The position numbers were made by a program, and so were the translations under genes. A stretch of 64,000 bases of DNA. Source: an uncultured Spirochaetota bacterium (lineage in GTDB: Bacteria > Spirochaetota > UBA4802 > UBA5550). Positions 48,908 through 57,733 of this stretch are shown here, piece by piece. The stretch lies in assembly GCA_963827275.1 (NCBI GenBank), contig CAWHAA010000007.1:64001-128000 (forward strand). The letters are read 5' to 3'. Below the pieces are notes generated by a model. The model saw nothing but the letters and a program-made list of their open reading frames with translations. It was not told the DNA's origin and did no database searches. How positions within the stretch are numbered: position 1 is the first letter of the stretch; each line of letters opens with the position of its first letter.

Positions 48908-49666
48908 CTACTGGTACGTATCCACAAAGCGGAACATGAAGGCGAACGAGCCGTACCCTTCAACGCCGTGCTCGATCAGGCGGTCGCTCTTGAACCTGTT
49001 GTAAGGCACGATCGCCCTGATGTTGTAGAGCTCCCGGTCCTGCCTGCCGATGTTATACCCGTATTTCACCCCGGCTTCGAGCGAAAGGGAGACGTAGTCG
49101 CCGAGATTGATGTTCACGCCGGCGGCGAGTCCCGCGTCCGCGCCGAAGATGTTGTATTTTACCCTCTCTTTAAACGCGCCGAGCTCATAATAGAAGGGAG
49201 GGGTGAATGTCGATGAAAACAGGGCAAAATAACTCGCTCCCGGCACATCGGTGCCGAAAAAGAGCCGGTCGCTGCTGCCGCGCCGGTAGCTGAAGCCGAT
49301 CTGCGGCCCGATCCAGAACTTGACGTAGTCGTTCTTCACCGCCGCGAATGCGAAGGTGTTGCTCAGGTAGATGCCGTTAAAGTCGGTCTGTGACATCAGG
49401 TCGGACCAGGACTTGCCGCCGCCGAGCTTGAGCCGGAAGCTGAAGTCGCTGTCGCAGGCGACGCAGGTATCGAAAATAAGGCCGGCCTTGAAGCCGTAGT
49501 TGGTGAGTGTGCCGCCGGTGCTGTCAAGGGACCTTGACCTGACCGTGCGGTAGCTTTCGCCGCCGCCCGCCTCGATATACGCGCCGATGCCGAGCGCCAT
49601 CGCGGAAGTGCTGATCAGCAGCACGGACAACCCGGCCATGAAAGACAGAATTATTTTTTTGTTCAT
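48908..49666 (-). CDS. secreted outer-membrane beta-barrel-like protein
   Basis: Signal peptide ending SAMA, amphipathic beta strands, FAFMFRF near the C-terminus. Confidence 0.7.
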   Translation of the reverse strand: MNKKIILSFMAGLSVLLISTSAMALGIGAYIEAGGGESYRTVRSRSLDSTGGTLTNYGFKAGLIFDTCVACDSDFSFRLKLGGGKSWSDLMSQTDFNGIYLSNTFAFAAVKNDYVKFWIGPQIGFSYRRGSSDRLFFGTDVPGASYFALFSSTFTPPFYYELGAFKERVKYNIFGADAGLAAGVNINLGDYVSLSLEAGVKYGYNIGRQDRELYNIRAIVPYNRFKSDRLIEHGVEGYGSFAFMFRFVDTYQ

Positions 49667-49981
49667 TGCACAATCCTCCCTCCTGCAGCTTGATTGATAT
49701 TGATTAATATCTGACCGCCGAACAGCTCACCCGGTTCCTGATTTATTTCCTGTGAAACATTATGGATCGAGATGGGACCGGGAGCCTGGAGTAACCATAG
49801 GCCTGCGCCGCTGCCATGTAAAGTGAAAAAAGGGGGTTTATTGTGCGCAGCGAGTAGAGGGGCCGGATCTGCCAGGCGGCCCGTACCGTAAAAATGCCGT
49901 ATCCATGCATGTTTTTGCTGATTTTGACGTTTTTTCCCGCTCATGGGAGGAAAAAAATTATGTCCCCTGCTGAAAAATGCT

Positions 49982-50007
49982 TAAAGTATTGCAGAATTGG
50001 CCGATTA
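49982..50007 (+). promoter_or_regulatory. candidate sigma28 (FliA) promoter of flgB
   Basis: TAAA-N14-GCCGATTA about 40 bp upstream of ATG 50045. Confidence 0.55.
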
Positions 50008-50044
50008 CAGTAGTAGCAGAGAAATACCGAGGAGAGGCCCGGAA

Positions 50045-50473
50045 ATGTTTGAGCAGAGCAAGATGATGACGACCAATTACCTCCTGGAAAAGGGGCTCGA
50101 TGTCGAATCCCTGCGCAGAAAGGTGATTGCGAACAATGTCGCCAATGTTGACGTCCCCCACTTCAAGCGGAGCGAGGTCAATTTCGAGAGCGAATTGAAG
50201 CGGGCGATCATGGACCGGGAAGAGAAGGAGAACAAGCTGCCGGCCCTGATGACCGAAGACCGGCATATCCCCTTTTTCGTGCCGCGCGAAGTGACGACGG
50301 TGCGTCCCCGGATACGCCTGGATTACGACACCATCGCGCGCAATGACGGCAACAATGTGGACGCCGAGAAGGAGATGGTCGATGCCGCGAAGAACCTGAT
50401 GCGCTACAATGCCTTCACGACTTCGCTCAACCATAATTTTCGGATGCTCAAGCTGGCGATGAGGACGGCGTAA
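50045..50473 (+). CDS. flgB: flagellar basal-body rod protein FlgB
   Basis: IANNVANVDVPHFKR, RNDGNNVDAEKEM. Confidence 0.95.
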   Translation: MFEQSKMMTTNYLLEKGLDVESLRRKVIANNVANVDVPHFKRSEVNFESELKRAIMDREEKENKLPALMTEDRHIPFFVPREVTTVRPRIRLDYDTIARNDGNNVDAEKEMVDAAKNLMRYNAFTTSLNHNFRMLKLAMRTA

Positions 50474-50484
50474 GGAGACAGGCA

Positions 50485-50949
50485 ATGGGAATGTTCGATA
50501 GCTTCAACATATCATCCACCGGGTTGACCGCTCAGCGGCTCAGGATGGACCTGATCAGCAACAATATCGCCAACGCGAACACCACGCGGACGCCCGACGG
50601 GGGCGCGTACCGGAGAAAGCGCGCCATTTTCGCGCCGGTGAACATCCGGCCGAATTACAAGTCACCGTTGGTCCCTGACCGGATCGAGCACGGCATCGGC
50701 AAGGGCGTGCGCGTCGTCAAGATTGAAGATGACCGGTCGCCCTTCCGGCTGGTGTACGACCCGACGCATCCGGACGCGATCAAGACCGGCCCGAAGACCG
50801 GCTATGTCGAGATGCCGAACATCAATATCGTTACCGAGATGACTGACCTGATATCCGCCTCCCGCTCGTACGAGGCGAATGTCCAGATGATAAACAATGA
50901 AAAGACGATGTTTAACAAGGCCCTTGAAATAGGCAGGGGCGGGGTGTAA
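50485..50949 (+). CDS. flgC: flagellar basal-body rod protein FlgC
   Basis: ISNNIANANTT, YDPTHPDA, MPNINIVTEM, SRSYEAN. Confidence 0.96.
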   Translation: MGMFDSFNISSTGLTAQRLRMDLISNNIANANTTRTPDGGAYRRKRAIFAPVNIRPNYKSPLVPDRIEHGIGKGVRVVKIEDDRSPFRLVYDPTHPDAIKTGPKTGYVEMPNINIVTEMTDLISASRSYEANVQMINNEKTMFNKALEIGRGGV

Positions 50950-50961
50950 AGGAGGCGCGCC

Positions 50962-51123
50962 ATGTATCGTGAAGTAGCGGCAAACAACGAAGTCCATGTA
51001 TCTCATTTCATGTCAAAGCGGTTCAGGCCGAAGCGGGAAGACCGCATCCTGAGCTTTATCCATGACATGGGAATGACCTCGAAGATAGAGATGCGGTACA
51101 ATGATTGTAAAGGAGTGCAGTGA
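50962..51123 (+). CDS. unannotated 53-aa ORF between flgC and fliE
   Basis: AAAGGAGG RBS; MYREVAANNEVHVSHFMSKRFRPKREDRILSFIHDMGMTSKIEMRYNDCKGVQ; stop overlaps the fliE start (TGATG). Confidence 0.55.
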   Translation: MYREVAANNEVHVSHFMSKRFRPKREDRILSFIHDMGMTSKIEMRYNDCKGVQ

Positions 51124-51452
51124 TGATGAGTATCAGAAATGAACCGATCGGCCACGTGGTCGAGATGCGCACCTCGAACCCGCTCCACTACGGGAACCAG
51201 GTGAAGCGTGAGCCCGCCTATGATGACGTTTCGACCTCGTTCGCCGATTCCCTGATGAAGGCCCTGGGAAAGGTGAACGACCTCCAGACGGACTCTGAGG
51301 ACATGAACCAGAAAATGATCTATGAACCGGAATCGGTTGATATACACACGGTGATGATCGCCGCGCAGAAGGCCGAGGTCGCGCTGAATTTCACGAAATC
51401 GGTCCGGGACGAGGCCATTCGGGCGTATCGGGAGCTGATCAATCTGAGGTAA
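51123..51452 (+). CDS. fliE: flagellar hook-basal body complex protein FliE
   Basis: SFADSL...VNDLQ, DIHTVMIAAQKAE, VRDEAIRAYRELI. Confidence 0.93.
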   Translation: MMSIRNEPIGHVVEMRTSNPLHYGNQVKREPAYDDVSTSFADSLMKALGKVNDLQTDSEDMNQKMIYEPESVDIHTVMIAAQKAEVALNFTKSVRDEAIRAYRELINLR

Positions 51453-51460
51453 TAACCCGA

Positions 51461-51484
51461 AGGGGCGAATAACTATTCGCCCCT
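51461..51484. repeat. REP-like hairpin after fliE
   Basis: AGGGGCGAATA-AC-TATTCGCCCCT, 11-bp stem. Confidence 0.7.
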
Positions 51485-51655
51485 CACATGCCGGCATATT
51501 CAATTAATTTTTATGTATATTTTTATCTATATTTTCAGAAAAATTAATTGACATTTTTTTTTATCCTGATAAGGTGTATTATGTCTCATTGTTTCTGCAT
51601 GTTTCAGGATAATCCGTAATGACTGCCATGTCCCATGGCGTCTCAGGAGGACAAT

Positions 51656-53356
51656 ATGCCGGATTTCTTCAAAAAAATCTTCGATCAGATGAAAGATATA
51701 TTCGGGAAGCTTGACCGGACGAAAAAGATCATCATCGCCGTGGTCATCGGTGTTGTCGTGGTCGCGTTCGTCGTGCTCTTCTCGGTATCAAGCGGCCAGC
51801 CCAACGTGGTTCTCTTCACGGAACTCTCCTCCGAGGACTTCGGCCAGGTCACGAAAAAAATGGACGAGATGGGCTACCGGTACCAGACCACCGGGCAGAC
51901 CAGCATCCTCGTGCGGCCGGACCAGCGCGAACTCATACTGACCAAGCTCGCCCAGGAAAACATGATACCGAAGGGGATCCCCGGGTGGAAGCTCTTTGAC
52001 ATGACCAAGTGGACCGAGACCGAGCGCGAGCTCGATGTTAAATTCATGCGCTCCCTGCGGGACGAGATAAAGCGGCACATCGAGTCCCTGGAGAACATCG
52101 ACAAGGCGGACGTCGATATCGCGATGACCGAGGACAGCATCTATTCCGAGGACCAAACCCCGTATACCGCCGCGGTGACGGTCCACCTCAAGCCGGGATT
52201 TGACAAGCTTTCGAAAAAAGAGATAAAGGGGATCATCTACCTTGTTTCGCGGGCGGTGGGCACCAGGCTCAAGCCGGAAAATGTCACCGTGACCGATGAC
52301 TACGGCAATATCATATCCGATTTTGACGACGAGCTCGACAAGGCGAAAACCGAATACACCATCCTTGAATACCGGCACAAGCTGGAAGAGCGCGCCCGGA
52401 TCAGGATGCTGAAAGACATCCGCGCCGGCCTCGAGAGGATCTACTCGGCTGACCGGATCCAGATCCTCCGGCTCAACATGGATTTCAACTGGGACAAGAT
52501 ATCCGAGGAGCAGGAAGAGTACACCCCGATCGAGCTTGAAAAAGCCGATCCCACCAAGCCGTACCCGACAAGGAAGATCAAGGACTCCCTGGTAATATCT
52601 GAAAAATCCACCAAGGAACGGTTCCAGGGGCATGGCTGGAACCCGGAAGGACCGGCAGGCACCGAGGGCAATACGCCGCCGGGGTACAAGGCGAGCGACG
52701 ACCAGTTCGCGAAATACAGCAAGAACGAGGACATACGGAACCACGCGGTCAACAAGACGAACAGGATAATCGACCGGGACCCCTATTCTATTGAGCGGGT
52801 ATCGGTCGCGATCGCCATCGACGGCCAGCAGAGCCTGCCGAAGCTCGCGAGCGGCGACTTTGACCTTGACCCGATGAAAGAGCCGGTGCAGATGTCCCTT
52901 ACCTCGGAAGAGCTCAAGAAAGCCGAGAACATCGTCAAGAAATCGATCAACTTCAACGAGAGCAGGGGCGACCAGGTCGCGGTTGAAAACATCATGTTCG
53001 ATCGGAGCAAGTACTGGGACACGCTCCGGGCTGAATTCAGAAAGAAGGAGCAGATCAAGAAGATTCTCCTTGCGGCGCTTATCGGCGTAATCGTGCTTTT
53101 CGTCGGCTTTATCCTGTTCCGGGCCATCTCCAAGGAGCTCGAACGCCGCAGAAGGGCCAAAGAGGAACAGCTTGCGCTCGAACAGCAGCGCATGCGTGAA
53201 GCCGCCCTGCGGGCCGCGGAGGAGGAGGGTATCGACGTGGAGCTCTCCCTGGAAGAGCGCGCCAGGCTGGAATTGCAGGAAAACGCCATCAACCTGGCAC
53301 GGGAGCGGCCGGACGACGTTGCCCAGCTCCTGCGCACCTGGCTGGCGGAGGAATAG
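51656..53356 (+). CDS. fliF: flagellar MS-ring protein FliF
   Basis: Two TM helices, GWKLFD, LKPENVTVTD, SRGDQVAV, C-terminal AQLLRTWLAEE; AGGAGG RBS. Confidence 0.95.
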   Translation: MPDFFKKIFDQMKDIFGKLDRTKKIIIAVVIGVVVVAFVVLFSVSSGQPNVVLFTELSSEDFGQVTKKMDEMGYRYQTTGQTSILVRPDQRELILTKLAQENMIPKGIPGWKLFDMTKWTETERELDVKFMRSLRDEIKRHIESLENIDKADVDIAMTEDSIYSEDQTPYTAAVTVHLKPGFDKLSKKEIKGIIYLVSRAVGTRLKPENVTVTDDYGNIISDFDDELDKAKTEYTILEYRHKLEERARIRMLKDIRAGLERIYSADRIQILRLNMDFNWDKISEEQEEYTPIELEKADPTKPYPTRKIKDSLVISEKSTKERFQGHGWNPEGPAGTEGNTPPGYKASDDQFAKYSKNEDIRNHAVNKTNRIIDRDPYSIERVSVAIAIDGQQSLPKLASGDFDLDPMKEPVQMSLTSEELKKAENIVKKSINFNESRGDQVAVENIMFDRSKYWDTLRAEFRKKEQIKKILLAALIGVIVLFVGFILFRAISKELERRRRAKEEQLALEQQRMREAALRAAEEEGIDVELSLEERARLELQENAINLARERPDDVAQLLRTWLAEE

Positions 53357-53364
53357 ATCGACAC

Positions 53365-53410
53365 CCCGCCCGGACAGGCGCGCAAACGCTTGCGCGCCTG
53401 TCCGGGCGGG
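53365..53410. repeat. 21-bp perfect inverted repeat after fliF
   Basis: CCCGCCCGGACAGGCGCGCAA-ACGC-TTGCGCGCCTGTCCGGGCGGG. Confidence 0.85.
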
Positions 53411-53520
53411 AAACGGTCCCAATTTTGGTTTGACTTTGATATATTAATAATGTTTATTTACTGTAAAGGCCGATAATTATTACAGCGTATGATCCACCTG
53501 GTTAGGGGATGGAATAACTG

Positions 53521-54537
53521 ATGCTTCAATCGAAAAAGTCACAACTGACAGGGCGGCAAAAAGCGGCCATTTTTCTCGTTTCTCTGGGGTCGGAGGTATC
53601 ATCCGAGATATTCAAGCACCTCCGGGAAGATGAGATTGAGCAGCTGACCTTCGAAATCGCGCGCCTGGACCGCATCGAACCGGAAGACCGCGACAAGGTC
53701 CTCCAGGAGTTCCAGGAGATGATGATGGCCCAGGAGTTCATCCAGAACGGGGGCATCGACTATGCCCGGGACGTCCTGGAGAGGGCGCTCGGCACGCAGA
53801 AGGCCATCGATATCGTCAACAGGCTTACCTCCTCGCTCCAGGTGCGGCCGTTCGACTTCATACGCCGTACCGATCCGAGCCACCTTTTGAACTTCATACA
53901 GGGGGAACACCCCCAGACCATAGCGCTTATACTGGCGTATCTCGACCCGCAGAAGTCTGCGCTCATCCTCTCCGGCCTGCCGCACCAGATCCAGGCGGAC
54001 GTGGCCAAGCGGATCGCGCAGATGGACCGGACCTCGCCGGACGTTCTCCGCGAGGTGGAACGCGTTCTCGAGCGGAAGCTCTCGACCCTGGCGAGCGAGG
54101 ATTTCACCTCCGCCGGCGGCATTGACGCCATCGTCGAGGTGCTGAACAACGTTGACCGCGGGACTGAGAAAATCATCATAGAAGCGCTTGAAGAAGAGGA
54201 CCCGGAGCTTGCGGAAGAGATCAAGAAACGGATGTTCGTGTTCGAGGACATCGTGCTGCTTGACGACCGGTCCATCCAGAAGGTGCTCCGCGAAGTGGAT
54301 ACGCAGGACCTGGCAAAGGCGCTCAAGGGCGTCGACGCCGAGGTGCAGGAGAAGATATACCGGAACATGTCGAAGCGCGCGTCCGCGCTGCTCCGCGAGG
54401 ACATGGACTTCATGGGGCCGATACGGCTGCGTGACGTCGAAGAGTCGCAGCAGAAGATCGTGAATATCATCAGAAAGCTTGAGGAATCCGGCGACATCAT
54501 AGTGGCCCGGGCCGGTGAGGAGGAACTGGTTGTCTAA
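53521..54537 (+). CDS. fliG: flagellar motor switch protein FliG
   Basis: LTGRQKAAIFL, EHPQTIALIL, MFVFEDI, NMSKRA, GPIRLRDVE. Confidence 0.97.
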   Translation: MLQSKKSQLTGRQKAAIFLVSLGSEVSSEIFKHLREDEIEQLTFEIARLDRIEPEDRDKVLQEFQEMMMAQEFIQNGGIDYARDVLERALGTQKAIDIVNRLTSSLQVRPFDFIRRTDPSHLLNFIQGEHPQTIALILAYLDPQKSALILSGLPHQIQADVAKRIAQMDRTSPDVLREVERVLERKLSTLASEDFTSAGGIDAIVEVLNNVDRGTEKIIIEALEEEDPELAEEIKKRMFVFEDIVLLDDRSIQKVLREVDTQDLAKALKGVDAEVQEKIYRNMSKRASALLREDMDFMGPIRLRDVEESQQKIVNIIRKLEESGDIIVARAGEEELVV

Positions 54538-55456
54538 GTTAGTATTCAAGCCTGGCGAAATCCGCCAGATGAACATACCGAAGCAGATCGAGCTGCCTTC
54601 GAAGTACCAGAAGAACCTCATCGAGACCGAGGATTTCAAGGAGTTCGAGGTCGATGACGAGGGGAACCCGATAGACGTGTACCAGGGGCCGTCCATCGAG
54701 GAGATGGAGGCCGAGCTCGAGCGGTACCGCCGCGAGACGGAAGAAGAAGTCAAGGAGATGCTCGAGCAGGCCCGCGAGCGGGCCAAGCAGATAGAAGAAG
54801 AGGGGAAGCAGGGCGCCTTCCGCGAGCTCCAGACCTCGAAGGAGCAGATCAACCTGGAGATGGAGCGCCACCGGGTCGAGTCCGAGCGCGAAATCGAGCG
54901 CGGGAAGTTCGAGGCGGAGAAAATGATCAAGGAGGCCGAGCTCAAGGTCTCCGAGATCGAGCACGAGGCGTACAAGAAGGGCTACGACGCCGGCCGCGAA
55001 GAGGGCTACAAGGAAGGGCAGGCCGAGGTCATGCGGCTCATCGACCGGCTCGGCACCATCGTTTCCACCGCCGTGGACATCCGCGACGACATCATCAAGT
55101 CGTCGGAGAAGCTGATGACCGAGATGATCCTCATGATCGCGCGCAAGGTCATCAAGGACGAGATCGTGGAACGCCGCGAGGTCGTCATAAACAACATCAA
55201 GGAAGCGATCAAGCGCGTCAAGGACCGCGACCGGATCGACATCCGTGTCAACTTCGCCGACCTGGACATGACGACGGCGCACAAGGACGAGCTGATCAAG
55301 ATGATGGAATCCCTGAAGAAGGTGAACATTTACGAAGATTCGAGGGTGGAGCGCGGCGGCTGTATCATAGAGACCGACGTCGGCGCCATCGACGCGAAGA
55401 TCTCGACGCAGCTTGACGCGATAGAAGAGGCGATCCGGAGCACGACGACGATATAG
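54530..55456 (+). CDS. fliH: flagellar assembly protein FliH (TTG start)
   Basis: AYKKGYDAGREEGYKEG repeats, GGCIIETDVGAIDA; GAGGAGG RBS. Confidence 0.92.
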   Translation: MSKLVFKPGEIRQMNIPKQIELPSKYQKNLIETEDFKEFEVDDEGNPIDVYQGPSIEEMEAELERYRRETEEEVKEMLEQARERAKQIEEEGKQGAFRELQTSKEQINLEMERHRVESEREIERGKFEAEKMIKEAELKVSEIEHEAYKKGYDAGREEGYKEGQAEVMRLIDRLGTIVSTAVDIRDDIIKSSEKLMTEMILMIARKVIKDEIVERREVVINNIKEAIKRVKDRDRIDIRVNFADLDMTTAHKDELIKMMESLKKVNIYEDSRVERGGCIIETDVGAIDAKISTQLDAIEEAIRSTTTI

Positions 55457-55458
55457 GC

Positions 55459-55482
55459 AGGCGGGGTCACGTGACCCCGCCT
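55459..55482. repeat. perfect palindrome after fliH (REP-like or terminator)
   Basis: AGGCGGGGTCAC|GTGACCCCGCCT followed by TT. Confidence 0.75.
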
Positions 55483-55519
55483 TTCAAATAGAGGTAAATG
55501 AGACATAACGTATTATTTC

Positions 55520-55691
55520 CCCCCTGTCCCCCGAAGGGGGCACGAGATAAGGGACCGGACGGCACGGAATGTAACAAAAGCCGGGAAACTGGTCCGTGTA
55601 TGAGTAGGGATGTCAGAAGAAATATATGAAAGCATCAGTACCATTGACAATACAGGCGATTTCCATCGCGCCCCCTGCGGGGGACGGGGGG
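55520..55691. repeat. REPIN/MITE-like element with 26-bp imperfect inverted arms
   Basis: 55520-55545 CCCCCTGTCCCCCGAAGGGGGCACGA pairs with 55666-55691 at 23 of 26 positions. Confidence 0.7.
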
Positions 55692-55702
55692 ATGTGTAAC
55701 GT

Positions 55703-57103
55703 ATGATCAAGATCCTCCCGCACGAAAAAGTCGATATCCTTTCCAAGTACAAGGATATCATCAGCGAGCTGGACACCATACAGTCGACCGGCAGGGTGGA
55801 GCGCGTGGTGGGGCTCACCATAGAATCGATCGGGCCGGACGTCGAGTACGGCGAGCTGTGCCGGATCCGGCTTGACCGTGGCGGCTACCTCTACGCGGAG
55901 GTCGTCGGGTTCAACCGCAACAGGGTCATCCTGATGCCCGTCGGCGACATGAAGGGGATCGTGCCGGGCGCGGATGTCATCGCCGCGGGGTCGGCGCTCA
56001 TGGTGCCGGTCGGCGACGAGCTGCTGGGCAGGGTCATATCCGGTATCGGCGTGCCCCTCGACGGCAAGGGGGATATCTTCACCAAGCATAAGTATCCGGT
56101 CACCAGCGAACCGATAAACCCGCTTGAGCGGACGGTCATTGACCGGCCGCTCTCGGTGGGGATACGGGCGATCGACGGCCTGAACACCGTGGGGCGGGGA
56201 CAGAGGATAGGGATCTTCTCCGGTTCCGGCGTCGGTAAATCGACGCTCATCGCCATGATATCGCGCTACACGGACGCGGACGTCAACGTCGTGGCGCTGA
56301 TCGGGGAGCGCGGCCGCGAGGTAAAGGATTTCGTCGAGAAGGAGCTCGGGCCGGAAGGCCTGAAGAAATCCGTCGTGGTGGTGGCCACCTCGAACCAGCC
56401 GGCCATGCTCCGGATCCGGGGGGCCTACCTGGCCCACGCGATCGCCGAGTATTTCCGGGACCAGGGGAAGCACGTCAATCTGATGATGGACTCCATCACG
56501 CGGTTCAGCATGGCGCAGCGCGAGGTGGGTATCGCCGCGGGTGAGCCCTCCTCGATGCGCGGGTACCCTCCCTCAACCTTCGCGCTGATGGCGAAGCTCA
56601 TGGAGCGTGCGGGCACCATTGCGACCGGCGGCAGCATCACCGGCTTCTACTCGGTCCTCGTCGAAGCCGACGACATGAACGAGCCGATTGCCGACCATGC
56701 GCGGAGCATCCTTGACGGGCACATCGTGCTGGAGCGGCGCCTGGCGCACAAGGGCCATTACCCGGCGATCGACGTGCTGCAGTCGATTTCACGGTGCATG
56801 AAGGACGTGGTCACGCCCCAGCATAACGCGGCGGCGAACAAGTTCCGCGAGCTCCTGTCCGCCTACACGGAACACGAGGACGAGATCAGCCTTGGCGCAT
56901 ACGCGAAGGGCTCGGTCCCGTCGGTGGACAGGGCGCTCCAGATGATGGACGGCATGAACGCCTTTTTAAAACAGGGGATATACGAGCGCGATATGTACGA
57001 TGCGATCGTTGGCAGGCTTGTTGACATGTTCGCGGAAAAGAAGCCGGCGGCGCGGCCCGATATTGTTGCCAGGACCCCGGCATTCGCGAGGATTGTGCGG
57101 TAA
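55703..57103 (+). CDS. fliI: flagellum-specific ATP synthase FliI
   Basis: GSGVGKST, LIGERGREV, MMDSITRF, GYPPS, LDGHIVL, YPAIDVLQSISR. Confidence 0.96.
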   Translation: MIKILPHEKVDILSKYKDIISELDTIQSTGRVERVVGLTIESIGPDVEYGELCRIRLDRGGYLYAEVVGFNRNRVILMPVGDMKGIVPGADVIAAGSALMVPVGDELLGRVISGIGVPLDGKGDIFTKHKYPVTSEPINPLERTVIDRPLSVGIRAIDGLNTVGRGQRIGIFSGSGVGKSTLIAMISRYTDADVNVVALIGERGREVKDFVEKELGPEGLKKSVVVVATSNQPAMLRIRGAYLAHAIAEYFRDQGKHVNLMMDSITRFSMAQREVGIAAGEPSSMRGYPPSTFALMAKLMERAGTIATGGSITGFYSVLVEADDMNEPIADHARSILDGHIVLERRLAHKGHYPAIDVLQSISRCMKDVVTPQHNAAANKFRELLSAYTEHEDEISLGAYAKGSVPSVDRALQMMDGMNAFLKQGIYERDMYDAIVGRLVDMFAEKKPAARPDIVARTPAFARIVR

Positions 57104-57116
57104 CAGAAGACGATTC

Positions 57117-57251
57117 ACCCTCATCCCCGCTCTCCCATTGCGAACGGGCTAGGAAGCGGGCAGGGGAGAGGCTCACGACAGGAGGTCGCAGTGCCGAGCG
57201 CGGCCAGGACGGCCGAAAAACGCCCGGCGTGCGCGGAGCGCGGGTGAGGGT
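57117..57251. repeat. REP/MITE-like element between fliI and fliJ
   Basis: 16-bp terminal inverted repeats ACCCTCATCCCCGCTC / GAGCGCGGGTGAGGGT (2 mismatches) with internal CTCTCCC...GGGAGAG. Confidence 0.6.
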
Positions 57252-57266
57252 CATAAGGGGTTTTTT

Positions 57267-57726
57267 ATGAAAAAGTTCAAGTTCAGGCTCCAGACATTGC
57301 TCAACATACGCGAGGTGCGCGAGCGGGAGGTCCAGTATGAGCTGGCCAAGATCGTGAGCCTCCAGAACCTCGAGCGCGAGAAGCAGGCCGCGTCTGAGAA
57401 GGAGTATCGACGAGCAGAAGGAGATTTTCGGCGACAGGCTGAAAAAGGGATTGTACTCGGCGAGCGAGGCGATCCTCTTCGAACGCTTTGTCGACGTGTC
57501 GCTCCGCGCCATCGGCACCGCCGAGGAGCGTATAAAGAGCATGGAGCCGCAGATCCGGGAGGTGAGGAACCGCCTGATCGAAGTGTCGCGTGAGCGCAAG
57601 GTCGTTGAAAAGCTGAGGGACCGCAAGCGCGCGCAGCATGCCTACGAGGTGAACCGCGAGCTTGGGAAGGAAAACGATGAGACGAACCAGAAGATATACG
57701 CGATGAAAAAAAGGGAAACGGCGTAG
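57267..57726 (+). CDS. fliJ: flagellar export protein FliJ, one +1 frameshift near 57388
   Basis: MKKFKFRLQTLLNIRE N-terminus and ERKVVEKLRDRK...KENDE C-terminus lie in adjacent frames. Confidence 0.85.
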
Positions 57727-57733
57727 GGATGCC

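Noticed and set aside
51788..54975. Long antisense ORFs (544 aa and 458 aa) opposite fliF/fliG/fliH
   Set aside because: Shadow ORFs expected from high GC3 codon bias; no motifs or RBS
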